Part shown: one piece after another, positions 26,480 through 40,520 of the stretch | Layout: each line of letters begins with the position of its first letter | Numbering within the stretch: position 1 is the stretch's first letter | From: Eledone cirrhosa | Lineage: Eukaryota | Assembly (NCBI GenBank): GCA_964016885.1 | Contig: OZ024762.1 | Coordinates: forward strand, 15,872,001-15,936,000 | Length of the DNA stretch: 64,000 nt | Direction of reading: 5' to 3' | Program-made: the position numbers and the translations under genes | The notes under the pieces: generated by a model | Databases searched by the model: none | Told to the model about the DNA's origin: nothing | What the model saw: only the letters and a program-made list of their open reading frames with translations

Positions 26480-29400
26480 GATAGAAGGCTTTGCTGTAGC
26501 CATTCTAACTCTCTGAGTACCAGTCAAATACTGAGGGTGAGATAGAAGGCTTTGCTGTAGCCATTCTAACTTTCTGAGTACCAGTCAAATACTGAGGGTG
26601 AGATAGAAGGCTTTGCTGTAGCCATTCTAACTTTCTGAGTACCAGTCATATACTGAGGGTGAGATAGAAGGCTTTGCTGTAGCCATTCTAACTTTCTGAG
26701 TACCAGTCAAATACTGAGGGTGAGATAGAAGGCTTTGCTGTAGCCATTCCAACTCTCTGAGTACCAGTCAAATACTGAGGGTGAGATAGAAGACTTTGCT
26801 GTAGCCATTCCAACTCTCTGAGTACCAGTCAAATACTGAGGGTGAGATAGAAGACTTTGCTGTAACCATTCGAACTCTCTGAGTACCAGTCAAATACTGA
26901 GGGTGAGATAGAAGGCTTTGCTGTAGCCATTCCAACTCTCTGAGTACCAGTCAAATACTGAGGGTGAGATAGAAGACTTTGCTGTAACCATTCTAACTCT
27001 CTGAGTACCAGTCAAATACTGAGGGTGAGATAGAAGGCTTTGCTGTAGCCATTCCAACTCTCTGAGTACCAGTCATATACTGAGGGTGAGATAGAAGACT
27101 TTGCTGTAGCCATTCCAACTCTCTGAGTACCAGTCAAATACTGAGGGTGAGATAGAAGACTTTGCTGTAACCATTCTAACTCTCTGAGTACCAGTCAAAT
27201 ACTGAGGGTGAGATAGAAGGCTTTGCTGTAGCCATTCTAACTCTCTGAGTACCAGTCAAATACTGAGGGTGAGATAGCAGGCTTTGCTGTAGCCATTCCA
27301 ACTCTCTGAGTACCAGTCAAATACTGAGGGTGAGATAGAAGGCTTTACTGTAGCCATTCTAACTTTCTGAGTACCAGTCAAATACTGAGGGTGAGATAGA
27401 AGACTTTGCTGTAACCATTCTAACTCTCTGAGTACCAGTCAAATACTGAGGGTGAGATAGAAGGCTTTGCTGTAGCCATTCTAACTCTCTGAGTACCAGT
27501 CAAATACTGAGGGTGAGATAGAAGGCTTTGCTGTAGCCATTCCAACTCTCTGAGTACCAGTCAAATACTGAGGGTGAGATAGAAGGCTTTGCTGTAGCCA
27601 TTCCAACTCTCTGAGTACCAGTCAAATACTGAGGGTGAGATAGAAGGCTTTTCTGTAGCCATTCCAACTTTCTGAGTACCAGTCAAATACTGAGGGTGAG
27701 ATAGAAGGCTTTTCTGTAGCCATTCCAACTCTCTGAGTACCAGTCAAATACTGAGGGTGAGATAGAAGGCTTTGCTGTAGCCATTCTAACTTTCTGAGTA
27801 CCAGTCAAATACTGAGGGTGAGATAGAAGGCTTTGCTGTAGCCATTCTAACTCTCTGAGTACCAGTCAAATACTGAGGGTGAGATAGAAGAGTTTGCTGT
27901 AGCCATTCTAACTCTCTGAGTACCAGTCAAATACTGAGGATGAGATAGAAGGCTTTGCTGTAGCCATTCTAACACTCTGAGTACCAGTCAAATACTGAGG
28001 GTGAGATAGAAGAGTTTGCTGTAGCCATTCTAACTCTCTGAGTACCAGTCAAATACTGAGGATGAGATAGAAGGCTTTGCTGTAGCCATTCTAACTCTCT
28101 GAGTGCCAGTCAAATACTGAGGGTGAGATAGAAGGCTTTGCTGTAGCCATTCTAACTTTCTGAGTACCAGTCAAATACTGAGGGTGAGATAGAAGGCTTT
28201 GCTGTAGCCATTCTAACTCTCTGAGTACCAGTCAAATACTGAGGATGAGATAGAAGGCTTTGCTGTAGCCATTCCAACTTTCTGAGTACCAGTCAAATAC
28301 TGAGGGTGAGATAGAAGAGTTTGCTGTAGCCATTCTAACTTTCTGAGTACCAGTCAAATACTGAGGGTGAGATAGAAGGCTTTGCTGTAGCCATTCCAAC
28401 TTTCTGAGTACTAGTCAAATACTGAGGGTGAGATAGAAGAGTTTGCTGTAGCCATTCTAACTTTCTGAGTACCAGTCAAATACTGAGGGTGAGATAGAAG
28501 GCTTTGCTGTAGCCATTCCAACTCTCTGAGGGTGAGATAGAAGGCTTTGCTGTAGCCATTCTAACTTTCTGAGTACCAGTCAAATACTGAGGGTGAGATA
28601 GAAGGCTTTGCTGTAGCCATTCCAACTCTCTGAGTACCAGTCAAATACTGAGGGTGAGATAGAAGGCTTTGCTGTAGCCATTCCAACTTTCTGAGTACCA
28701 GTCAAATACTGAGGGTGAGATAGAAGAGTTTGCTGTAGCCATTCTAACTTTCTGAGTACCAGTCAAATACTGAGGGTGAGATAGAAGGCTTTGCTGTAGC
28801 CATTCTAACTTTCTGAGTACCAGTCAAATACTGAGGGTGAGATAGAAGGCTTTGCTGTAGCCATTCTAACTTTCTGAGTACCAGTCAAATACTGAGGGTG
28901 AGATAGAAGAGTTTGCTGTAGCCATTCTAACTTTCTGAGTACCAGTCAAATACTGAGGGTGAGATAGAAGGCTTTGCTGTAGCCATTCTAACTCTCTGAG
29001 TACCAGTCAAATACTGAGGGTGAGATAGAAGGCTTTGCTGTAGCCATTCCAACTTTCTGAGTACCAGTCAAATACTGAGGGTGAGATAGAAGGCTTTGCT
29101 GTAGCCATTCTAACTCTCTGAGTACCAGTCAAATACTGAGGGTGAGATAGAAGGCTTTGCTGTAGCCATTCTAACTCTCTGAGTACCAGTCAAATACTGA
29201 GGGTGAGATAGAAGGCTTTGCTGTAGCCATTCTAACTTTCTGAGTACCAGTCAAATACTGAGGGTGAGATAGAAGGCTTTGCTGTAGCCATTCTAACTTT
29301 CTGAGTACCAGTCAAATACTGAGGGTGAGATAGAAGGCTTTGCTGTAGCCATTCTAACTCTCTGAGTACCAGTCAAATACTGAGGGTGAGATAGAAGGCT

Positions 29401-29620
29401 TTGCTGTAGCCATTCCAACTTTCTGAGTACCAGTCAAATACTGAGGGTGAGATAGAAGGCTTTGCTGTAGCCATTCTAACTTTCTGAGTACCAGTCAAAT
29501 ACTGAGGGTGAGATAGAAGGCATTGTTGTAGCCATTCTAACTCTCTGAGTACCAGTCAAATACTGAGGGTGAGATAGAAGGCTTTGCTGTAGCCATTCCA
29601 ACTTTCTGAGTACCAGTCAA
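26480..29620. repeat. Satellite, 61-bp unit, about 51 copies
   Basis: gatagaaggctttgctgtagccattctaactttctgagtaccagtcaaatactgagggtga. Confidence 0.97.
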
Positions 29621-29840
29621 AAATCAGTCAAAAACCATTATTATTATTATTATGTTCAAATCCTGCCATGGTTAACTTTGCCTTTCATCTTTACCCGGGG
29701 TCAATAAAATAAAGTACCAGTAATACACTGGGGTTGATTTAATCAACTTTCCCTTCCCCAAAAAATTGTTGGCCTTGTGCCTATAGTAGAAACAATTATT
29801 AATGTTATTTTATTATTTATTTTTTTCTAACATTCAACAG

Positions 29841-29927
29841 CAACCTTTGGACTATGGTATTCCCATGGAAATCCAGTTCTCTGTCTACCAAAACCCATCA
29901 TTAACTGAAGAGTTACTAACTGAAATG
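29841..29927 (+). CDS. MPND: MPND exon
   Basis: caacag/gtgagc, phase 0/0; QPLDYGIPMEIQFSVYQNPSLTEELLTEM. Confidence 0.95.
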
Positions 29928-30006
29928 GTGAGCAAATTATTGGGATTTTAGAAAAAAAAAAATTTGTTTTTTAATTATTTTATTTTATTTAAAAAATAAA
30001 AAACGA

Positions 30007-30515
30007 GTGTATTTTATTGTGGCACCAATATTAGGGAGATTGTCATGCCCTTGACATGTTGAAGGGTCCTCTCAACCCTTTATTTGGCATGGTTTCTTAA
30101 CACCAACTACTTTACAGAGTGTACTGGGTGTATTTTATTGTGGCACCAATATTAGGGAGGTTGTCATGTCCTTGTCATGACTGAAGGGTCCTCTCAACCC
30201 TTTATTTGGCATGGTTTCTTAACACCAACTACTTTACAGAGTGTACTGGGTGTATTTTATTGTGGCACCAATATTAGGGAGGTTGTCATGCCCTTGACAT
30301 GTTGAAGGGTCCTCTCAACCCTTTATTTGGCATGGTTTCTTAACACCAACTACTTTACAGAGTGTACTGGGTGTATTTTATTGTGGCACCAATATTAGGG
30401 AGGTTGTCATGCCCTTGACATGACTGAAGGGTCCTCTCAACCCTTTATTTGGCATGGTTTCTTAACACCAACTACTTTACAGAGTGTACTGGGTGTATTT
30501 TATTGTGGCACCAAC
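30007..30515. repeat. About 121-bp tandem repeat, 4 copies, partly SINE-derived
   Basis: Unit includes the reverse complement of ccagtacactctgtaaagtagttggtgttaag, similar to SINE B tails. Confidence 0.85.
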
Positions 30516-30742
30516 AAGACATTCTCAATAGCTCTTCCAGCGTGTCTCCCTCACCATCCTCTGAGGAAACACCTTCTCTATTATGTCTGCCAGGGTGGCA
30601 GTGCATGGACTCTCGCAATGGTGAGAAAGGGGAAGAGCAGGAGAGACAGAGGCAGTGGCAGTGGGAGTTTGGTTCCTTTGTGTTCAGACCTGGTGTTTAT
30701 AAATGTATTTGGAACTGGTGTATATAAATATATATATATTTA

Positions 30743-31908
30743 TCTCCTTATAATATATAACCAGCAATTTCTCTGTCTGTCTGTCTGTCCGACAGTGGAA
30801 ACACGTGCGCGCGGGCGAATGTTTTTTGCGCACGCGTAGAGAGAGAGAGTGAGAGTGAAAGAAAGAGACAGACTACGAGAGGGGGATAGCGGGAGGGAGA
30901 GAGAGAGAGAGAGTGAATAGACGCTAAAACATGTGCGCGCGTGCGAATGTTTTTTGCGCACGCGTAGAGAGAGAGTCACAGTGAAAGAAAGAGACAGACT
31001 ACAAGAGGGGGATAGCGGGAGGGAGAGAGGGGGGAATTGAGGAGTGCTACAGGAACATATATACATTTCTGTGTGTGTGTAATATATATATATATACACA
31101 CGCAGAAATATATATATATACACACAGAAATATATATACATTTCTGTCTGTGTAATATATATATATATATATATACACACAGAAATATATATACATTTCT
31201 GTGTGTGTAATATATATATATATATATATACACACACAGAAATATATATACATTTCTGTGTGTGTAATATATATATATACTAGCAGAAAACCACCGGGTG
31301 GGCGGTTTTCTGCTAGTCTATATATATAAAACTGAGGATGTCTGTCTGTGTGTGTGTGAGTTTGAATCCCTAAAACTAGAGAACCATCCAACCGACTATT
31401 TTCAAACTTTATGTATGTAATACTTATGTTTCAGGGAGTGTTCTGAGCAAAAGAAATTTCAAATTTTCAATGCTCTAGGGACCGCATTAGGCGATTTAGC
31501 GATCTCTCTCTATAATTCTTAGTCTTTCTCTTTTTAGATAGATACATACATATAACGTCGTGCCCTTATAATATCTGTCTGTATGTCTGGCTGTCTGCAT
31601 TACGTCACTTCCTACAATTTGCTCTGCGTCCAGAACGCGCCCTTATAATATCTGTCTGTATGTGTGGCTGTCTGCTGCCTCCTGTTATTCTGCCACCCTT
31701 GCTCAAGACAAATCTCACACTCATTCCCAAAACAGTTGGTAAGTGCACACAACTTCTTCCTCACGTTTTAAGCCACAGTGTTGCTTACTTACATACCACC
31801 AGACCCTTACTTCTTTGCCAGCCATGGTTGTAGCAATACTAAGCTTAGCTAAGGCAGTTATATATTTCACAATACCTTATCCTGTGCAACGCCGGGTACC
31901 ACTGCTAG
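30743..31908 (+). mobile_element. Two tandem non-autonomous Helitron-like elements
   Basis: Each starts TC..(TA)AA..(TGTC)n and ends with a GC-rich subterminal segment plus CTAG (31313-31316, 31905-31908). Confidence 0.65.
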
Positions 31909-32033
31909 TATTTAAATATAATTGTTTTATGTTTTCCTTGTAAAACAATATAAACTGAACATTTATTGTATTCATAATTAAGTTGACTAATCCTCATATC
32001 TTCATTTTTTTCTATTTTTTCCTCCATTTTCAG

Positions 32034-32126
32034 AAAGCTTTGGTAGATTTCTACAAAGGTTCACCAGACGTTGTCCGTTTTTCAAGTATTTGGCACCAAT
32101 CAGTTACATACTTAGATAAAGTAAAG
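32034..32126 (+). CDS. MPND: MPND exon
   Basis: tttcag/gtaagc, phase 0/0; KALVDFYKGSPDVVRFSSIWHQSVTYLDKVK. Confidence 0.95.
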
Positions 32127-32455
32127 GTAAGCTATCAAATATTCTTTTACTTGTTACAGGTAGCAAATTAGTGGAGGTGCGTGGCCTAGTGGTAAGGATG
32201 TTGGACTTACGATCATAATGTCGTGGGTTTGATTCCTGGGCTGGGTTGCTTATTGTGTACTTGAGCAAAACATTTCATTTCACATTGCTCCAGTGTATTC
32301 AGCTGTAAATGAGGACCAGCAATAGCTGGGGATTTAACCCTGCGATGGACTGGCGTCCTGTCCAGGGGGAAGTCTTGTTTATTTTATTTATTTATTCATT
32401 TAATTTATTTAATTCATGTATTTATAATTTTTATTTTATTTTTATTTCCAAACAG

Positions 32456-32548
32456 TGGTCCCTACTTACAAAACTTCCACAAGACCAAGATGAAAATAGT
32501 TCCACTTTAGAATTTGTCAGGTCATTGTTGCTAGGGTTACGTGTTTGA
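32456..32548 (+). CDS. MPND: MPND terminal coding exon
   Basis: aaacag acceptor; WSLLTKLPQDQDENSSTLEFVRSLLLGLRV*; AATAAA hexamers follow at about 32564-32590. Confidence 0.9.
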   Translation, partial: WSLLTKLPQDQDENSSTLEFVRSLLLGLRV

Positions 32549-32831
32549 AAGGACAACAAAAACAATAAATAAATAAATAAAAACAATAAAAGAAAAGAAA
32601 AGAAATGTGACAGAAACTGAAAGATAAAGATGAGAATATTTTGTTCCTGTATTTGAAAAAAAAATCATTGAAAGACAATTGGAATAAGATATATAATAAT
32701 ATTCCTGGGTTTCTTAATAAGAAAAGGAGAAAGAGGAAGAAAACTAAAGTTTGTAGTACCTGAATATTTATTTGTCAACTTTTCTCATTGTGAAAAAAAA
32801 AAAAATGGGTTCTGCCTTAGGCACAAGGCCA

Positions 32832-33869
32832 TTAAACCCTTTAGCATTTACATTACTCTATATATACTATTGTATTTTCATGGTAAAGGTTTTACCTCAC
32901 ATAATATCAAATCTATGAGATTTTGATATTATTTATTTTGAGAAAAATACCTTAACATGAGTATGAGTAGCCGGTTATGGTGGGTTTCAACTGAAAGAGG
33001 TGAGAGAATTCTGACCGAATACAGCCACTTTGAACAGAAAGAGGTGAGAGAATTCTGGCTGGATATGGCTGGTTTGAACAGAAAGAGGTGAGAGAATTCT
33101 GACCGAATACAGCCACTTTGAACAGAAAGAGGTGAGAGAATTCTGCTGGCCGAATACAGCCACTTTGAACAGAAAGAGGTGAGAGAATTCTGCTGGCCGA
33201 ATACAGCCAGTTTGAACAGAAAGAGGTGAGAGAATTCTGCTGGCCGAATACAGCCACTTTGAACAGAAAGAGGTGAGAGAATTCTGCTGGCCGAATACAG
33301 TCACTTTGAACAGAAAGAGGTGAGAGAATTCTGCTGGCCGAATACAGCCACTTTGAACAGAAAGAGGTGAGAGAATTCTGCTGGCCGAATACAGCCACTT
33401 TGAACAGAAAGAGGTGAGAGAATTCTGCTGGCCGAATACAGTCACTTTGAACAGAAAGAGGTGAGAGAATTCTGCTGGCCGAATACAGCCAGTTTGAACA
33501 GAAAGAGGTGAGAGAATTCTGCTGGCCGAATACAGCCACTTTGAACAGAAAGAGGTGAGAGAATTCTGCTGGCTGAATACAGCCACTTTGAACAGAAAGA
33601 GGTGAGAGAATTCTGCTGGCTGAATACAGCCACTTTGAACAGAAAGAGGTGAGAGAATTCTGACCGAATACAGCCACTTTGAACAGAAAGAGGTGAGAGA
33701 ATTCTGCTGGCCGAATACAGCCACTTTGAACAGAAAGCGGTGAGAGAATTCTGCTGGCCGAATACAGCCACTTTGAACAGAAAGCGGTAAGAGAATTCTG
33801 GCCAGATACAGCCAGTTTGAACAGAAAGAGGTAAGAGAATTCTGGCCAGTTTAAATGCTAAAGGGTTAA
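32832..33869 (+). mobile_element. piggyBac-like MITE with a different (47-bp) internal array
   Basis: CCCTTTAGCATTTA...TAAATGCTAAAAGGGTTAA; array 32990-33850 of ttgaacagaaagaggtgagagaattctgctggccgaatacagccact. Confidence 0.8.
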
Positions 33870-34946
33870 TACTAATAATAAAAAGAGAGATTGAACTACC
33901 CAAGAAGTTATGCCTCAGGATTGAACCACTCCAGAAGTTATGCTTAAGTTGGGAACAATCCCCAAATATTGAGAAAGGTTCTGGACTACCAGCAGTAGGA
34001 AAATAACAAGGAATTATATGAAAATGTTGGAGTTACCCTAGGGTTACTAGTTGTAGCCTGGTATTCCCTAAAATAACTGGCCAAAACAACATCAAAGCTG
34101 GTCATGATGAATAGTCAAATCATAATAATAATAATTTCTTTATTGGCCACTAGGGTCCACATATAGGGGACAATACAATAGACAGGAACAGTGGGGTTTA
34201 CAATAAAATTGAGTAAAAAAACAAAACAAATTGACAAAAACAATCAAAATTACAACAAGAAAAATTCTCCAATGGTGGTGGGGGAGAGAGAACCACCCAG
34301 GGGTGACTCAGGCACCCCGCTAATCTTAAACCACCCAGACACTTCAAGGGCACCCAGGAAGGGCACCCCTCTTCTCCTCAAATCAACTAGCCTACAATAA
34401 TAATAATTGAGAATGTTTTGTTGGTTAATGTTGAAAAGAAAATTATCTAATAAAAAAAATTTAAAAAAAGATGAAATTCCATTTTACATTTCAAAAAAAA
34501 TGTTTCCCTGAGATTGGAATAACATTTGGTAAAAATATGGTGGCGCAACTATAGAGAACTCTTCCAGCAGAATAGAAGACACAGTCGAATGTCTATAATG
34601 TTATATATATATATAGAGAAAGAGAGAGATGTGTAAAGTTATAATATAAACCATTATAAATAAACTTAGCATCATTTACAGTGATTCTTCGTTTTTAATT
34701 CGTCTTCTTCTTCTCCTTCGTCTTCTTCTTCCAACAGCATTCTAATAAATATATGTATACATTTTTTGGAACACCCTAGCGTTAGGAAGTGCATCCAGCT
34801 GTAGAAATCTAGCCAGAAACAGTCCTATGTGAGCAAGACACGGTCACCTGACCCAACTTGCCTCTAATGGGACAAACCCGTCTAACCCATGCGAGAGTGG
34901 AAAATAGACGTTAATGATGATTATATATATGTATATATATATGTGC

Positions 34947-34976
<30 letters not shown>

Positions 34977-34979
<3 letters not shown>

Positions 34980-35093
34980 GGAAAAGGTATGACCCCGACG
35001 GCAGAGCTCAAGCCGTTTCGACGGCTATTTCTGAGTCAGAAATAGCCGTCGAAACGGCTTGAGCTCTGCCGTCGGGGTCATACCTTTTCCTAT
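34977..35093. repeat. Perfect 117-bp palindrome (58-bp arms, 1-nt centre)
   Basis: ataggaaaaggtatgacccc...ttctga g tcagaa...ggggtcataccttttcctat. Confidence 0.95.
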
Positions 35094-35170
35094 TACCCAC
35101 TCTACTACCCTAAATATTGAGTATTCTGGTGCGTTATGGTCCATCTGGTTCCTTACCACAATTCCTTCGT

Positions 35171-35202
<32 letters not shown>

Positions 35203-35262
35203 AGTGTGAGTGTGTCCGTGTATATATATATATATATGTGTGTCTGTGTATATATATATGTC

Positions 35263-35332
<70 letters not shown>

Positions 35333-35479
35333 TGCAGAGAGAGATGTAAAATGTAGACCTCAGTGAAGAGCTCATTGAATATAAATTAATGGTTGAGTAG
35401 TCTCCCTTGTTTTGAATTCATGCGTGTTGGAGCAAGTTAATATGGAGTATGTGGCTGGGAGCTTGGAGGGAAGTTGGAC

Positions 35480-35975
35480 CCTATCAAATATATCTAAGGT
35501 CCAGAGAAATGCCATGATGGACAACACCCCCAACGACTGATTGTACTAGTTGCAGGGAGCTGGACACTGTCAAATATTTCTAAGGTCCAGAGAAATGCCA
35601 TGATGGACAACACCCCCAACGACTGATTGTACTAGTTGCAGGGAGCTGGACACTGTCAAATATTTCTAAGGTCCAGAGAAATGCCATGATGGACAACACC
35701 CCCAACGACTGATTGTACTAGTTGCAGGGAGCTGGACACTGTCAAATATTTCTAAGGTCCAGAGAAATGCCATGATGGACAACACCCCCAACGACTGATT
35801 GTACTAGTTGCAGGGAGCTGGACACTGTCAAATATTTCTAAGGTCCAGAGAAATGCCATGATGGACAACACCCCCAACGACTGATTGTACTAGTTGCAGG
35901 GAGCTGGACACTGTCAAATATTTCTAAGGTCCAGAGAAATGTCATGATGGACAACACCCCAACAACTGGCTGTTC
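35480..35975. repeat. Minisatellite, 86-bp unit, about 6 copies
   Basis: tatttctaaggtccagagaaatgccatgatggacaacacccccaacgactg...gtcaaa. Confidence 0.95.
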
Positions 35976-37419
35976 CAGTTGCTGGACCTTAATTTATTAA
36001 TTGAATATTCAATAGACAGTAACGTGAACGCACATACACAAACATATATAAACACACAAACTTATATAGACACACTCAGAAATACAGACATACACGGACA
36101 TACACATATTGATTGCTTCTTCTTGTCAGAAGAGTGTCACCCCTTCTTTCTACATACATGCCTACACACACGTAGAAACTATCATACAAACTTATGTAGA
36201 CACACACACACACACGTAAACACTCTCATACAAACATATGCACACATACACACAATGTACACCACACACACTCACACACCACACACATACACACTCACAC
36301 ACCACACACATGTATACATACACACTCACACACCACACACATATGTATACATACACACACAATTACTCACACTCACACACCACACATGTATACACACACA
36401 CAAATTACACTCACACGCCACACACACATATGTATACACACACTCACACACCACTCATACACACACTCACGCACACACACATATGTTTACATACAATTAC
36501 ACACACTCACACAGGTAATTATCGTCTGCTGAAATAACAGAGAATATTTTAAGGTTTGTACGAATCTTACAGTTTTTAATTCCAAATTTACGTTTCTTTT
36601 TTCGGTGTCTGGTTTTATGAATTTATTTATATTTTAAATATATACATAAATATTACAAATATGTTTTAAATATATATATATATAACATTACAAATATGTT
36701 TTAAATATTTATGTATATATATATATATATATGTGTGTGGGTGTGTGTGTGTAAAGTATTTCCGTGGAAAAGGTAAAGGAAAGAAGAGTGCTCTATATAT
36801 AGAACAGAGCTATTTAATTATGTAATAAACAGCACAATATAATTATTCCATCACGCAAGGTTTCACGAAGTCAGGCGACCCCGACAACTGATGAACGACT
36901 TCGGACGCCTCTGTAATATATAACATTACAAATATTATATATATAAATATATATATATATATATTTTTGTAATGTTATATATATATATATATATAACATT
37001 ACAAATATGTTTTAAATATACACGTAAATAATATTACAAATACGTAAACATTATAAATTGCTGGCAATTCGTTCAGAAGAACATTACATGTATAATGATT
37101 TCTACTATAGGTACAAGACCAGCAATGTTTGGGGGGTAAGCCGATTATATCGACCCCAGTGCGTTACTGGTACTTTATTTTATCGATCTCGTAAGGATGA
37201 AAGGAAAAGCTAACCTTGGCGGGATTTGAACCCAGAACGTAAATGGCCATAACTCTATGCTGCAAAGCATGGTGTCCGACACACTATCGATACTGCCAGT
37301 TACATATATATAATGTCGTTTATAAATACAAATATAAACGCCTAAAAGAGAGAGAAAAAAAAACAACATAAGAACCGGATTGACAATCGCAGCCGTGTTG
37401 CAAGTGGTATGACTGAGGG

Positions 37420-38200
37420 TGTAAAGTCAGTTAACTGGAATTTACAGACGACATGGCGTCACTTAACTCGACAGAAGATGATCTCTGACTTGCACTTGAT
37501 AGGTTTGATGCCGAGTGCAACATGGCTGCAATGAAAATCAGTGCTGTGAAAACTGAGACACTCGTCCTCTCAAGGAAGACAGCCAAGTGCATGTAGCAGG
37601 TAGAGAAATTCAAGTATCTCGGGGCCGTGTTCACGAGTAATGGAAGACAGGAGGCTGAATTAAGTGCAAGAATTGCAGTAATGTGCCAGCTGCAGCATTC
37701 AGTAATCAGAAAGGGAGGTAGATGTATAGATATAAAAGCCAAACTTGTTATCTTCAATTTGGTATTCGTGCCAGCCCTTACCTATGGTCATGAATCTTGG
37801 ATAATGACCGAAATAATACAAGCGGCCGAAATGGGGTCCCTCCGAAGGGTCTTTGGAGTAACGTTACTAGATAAAGTGCGTAGCTTGGAGATCAGAGAGT
37901 CACTCCAGGTAGAGCCGCTACTTCTCCGAATTGAGAGATCACAGCTCTGATACTATGGACATGTGGTTAGAATGTCTCAGGGAAGAATCGTTGATCATAT
38001 TGGTAAAACCAACCGGCAGGAGACCCAGGGGTAGACCCTGAGCAAGATGGTTAGATAACATCCATGAGCTTGGCTGGTCTCTCTTGGGGATACAGCGGGA
38101 TCAATTGGAGACGGTTGCTTCTATCAGGACCCACTGGAAGGAATGTTTTGGGACTCTGCCCCCACGACCTTCTCAGGAATATGTGGGCGAAGACGGAGAA
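37420..38200 (+). mobile_element. RTE-clade LINE 3' fragment (degenerate RT C-terminus)
   Basis: QVEKFKYLGAVFTSNGR..LTYGHESW..IQAAEMGSLRR..LLLRIERSQL*YYGHVVRM..GRRPRGRP. Confidence 0.85.
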
Positions 38201-38669
38201 GATGTTCAAAGTATTGTTTACCCGGTAACGCGACCGGGTAAGAGATTTGTGTCATTATATCGCAACTTTTTAAACGGGTGGTGGTTGGAGTAAATATCAA
38301 AGGGAAATAATTCATGCAGACATGTGTTTGTGTTTCAAGATTTACTTCCCTTTGTTTTTGTTTTCAACTCAACTTATATTCAAGTGGAACGGTGAATTGA
38401 CAGTCGTTAGAATACTTTATGGTATTCGTTCCACCTCTCTGAAGTCAACTTTGCTTTTCATCCTTTTGAGGTCGATAAAAAAGTACCAGTCTAGTACTGG
38501 GGTTGATTCTTCCTCTATATCTCTTTCTCATTTCCTCTCTCTAATTTTCTATCGTTTATAATAATTGTTTCTACTTTTGGCACAAGGCCAGCAATTATCC
38601 CAGTACATTACTGGTACTTTATTTTATCGACCCCGTACGGATGAAAGGCAAAAAGTTAACCTCTATCTT

Positions 38670-39340
38670 TAATAATAACGAAAATGATTGTGTACAGTGC
38701 TCAGGTGCACTACAACTCATCAAAGGTGCTTGTATAGTACATAGAATAACGTACAAATGTCAAGAAAGTGAACAGTGTATGAGTCATGATATACATGTGT
38801 TTGTGTGTATGGAGGGGGGGGTTATCAGGTGTAGTGTTGTCGAATTTCAGTTTGTTCCACGGAGGTTTTAAAGGATGCAGTGTCTCGGCAGCTAATAACT
38901 GATGCAGGTAGTTTGTTCCATTGAGGTTTTAAAGGATGCAGTGTCTCGACAGCTAATAACTGATGCAGGTAGTTTGTTCCATTGAGGTTTTAAAGGATGC
39001 AGTGTCTCGACAGCTAACAACTGATGCAGGTAGTTTGTTCCATTGAGGTTTTAAAGGATGCAGTGTCTCGACAGCTAACAACTGATGCAGGTAGTTTGTT
39101 CCATGGAGGTTTTAAAAGATGCAGTGTCTCGTCAGCTAACAACTGATGCAGGTAGTTTGTTCCATTGAGGTTTTAAAAGATGCAGTGTCTCGACAGCTAA
39201 CAACTGATGCAGGTAGTTTGTTCCATTGAGGTTTTAAAGGATGCAGTGTCTCGTCAGCTAACAACTGATGCAGGTAGTTTGTTCCATGGAGGTTTTAAAG
39301 GATGCAGTGTCTCTACAGCTAACAACTGATGCAGGTAGTT
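38670..39340 (-). mobile_element. CR1-like LINE 3' end with 61-bp x ~8 tandem amplification
   Basis: Unit translates on minus as WNKLPASVVSCRDTASFKTS (WNxLP...FK terminal motif). Confidence 0.7.
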
Positions 39341-39899
39341 TCTTTGGAAGAAATCCGCTGTATTCAGGCCTGGAGAGGGATGGGCTCTGCCAGGTCTTAA
39401 AATGCCCAAGAAACGCCATATGTCAATACGCCGCCCCTACGACTCTATCGTGAGTTTCGGAACCATACATACATATATATTCAAGTGGAGCAGTGAATTG
39501 ACAGTCATTGGAACGTCCTATAGTATGTTTTGTGGTGTTTGTTTTGAATCTCTGTTCTCCAAGTTCAAATCCCGTTCTTGTCAACTTTACTTTTTATTGA
39601 TTTGAAGTCGATAAAAAAAAGAAGCAGTCAAGTACTTGAGTCGTCGTCCCCCCTTTCTCTCACTCTTGAAGAAATCAAGACCTGCCCCTCCCATGCTAAT
39701 CTGATCACCTAGGTATATATATTAAATGAAAAAACCATTGTGCAAAACCATTTTGCTTGTTTGAGAGCTGATAATGGTGAAGATGTGTGTGTAAACTTGT
39801 CTTGTACATTGCCTTTCTTTATTTCCTTCTTCTTGTCATTTCTGTTTGTCAACATAGTGCTTCTTTGTCCTCCTCTTTCAATCATTTCTATAATTCATC

Positions 39900-40520
39900 T
39901 GCGTGTCTCCAACCTTGTGGATTGTCTCTGTTGACCACTGGTCACTGGTCTCTGAGGCTTTATATTTCATCTGCCTGTCACCCACCTTGTGTATTGTCTC
40001 TCTGTTGACCACTGGTCACTAGTCTCTGTCCTCTGAGGCTTTATATTTAATCTGCCTGTCACCCACCTTGTGTATTGTCTCTCTGTTGACCACTGGTCAC
40101 TAGTCTCTGTCCTCTGAGGCTTTATATTTAATCTGCCTGTCACCCACCTTGTGTATTGTCTCTCTGTTGACCACTGGTCACTAGTCTCTGTCCTCTGAGG
40201 CTTTATATTTAATCTGCCTGTCACCCACCTTGTGTATTGTCTCTCTGTTGACCACTGGTCACTAGTCTCTGTCCTCTGAGGCTTTATATTTAATCTGCCT
40301 GTCACCCACCTTGTGTATTGTCTCTCTGTTGACCACTGGTCACTAGTCTCTGTCCTCTGAGGCTTTATATTTAATCTGCCTGTCACCCACCTTGTGTATT
40401 GTCTCTCTGTTGACCACTGGTCACTGGTTTCTGTGCTCTGAGGCTTTATATTTAATCTACCTGTCACCCACCTTGTGAATTGTCTCTCTGTTGACCACTG
40501 GTCACTGGTCTCTATCCTCT
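39900..40520. repeat. Minisatellite, 81-bp unit, about 7 copies
   Basis: ctgcctgtcacccaccttgtgtattgtctctctgttgaccactggtcactagtctctgtcctctgaggctttatatttaat. Confidence 0.95.

Noticed and set aside
26480-29620. Regular repeat array resembling CRISPR
   Set aside because: Head-to-tail 61-bp units without unique spacers, intronic, eukaryotic, no cas genes
36840-36915. CTGATGA near a GC-rich stem as a hammerhead
   Set aside because: No downstream GAAA, NUH or helix I in the right order on either strand
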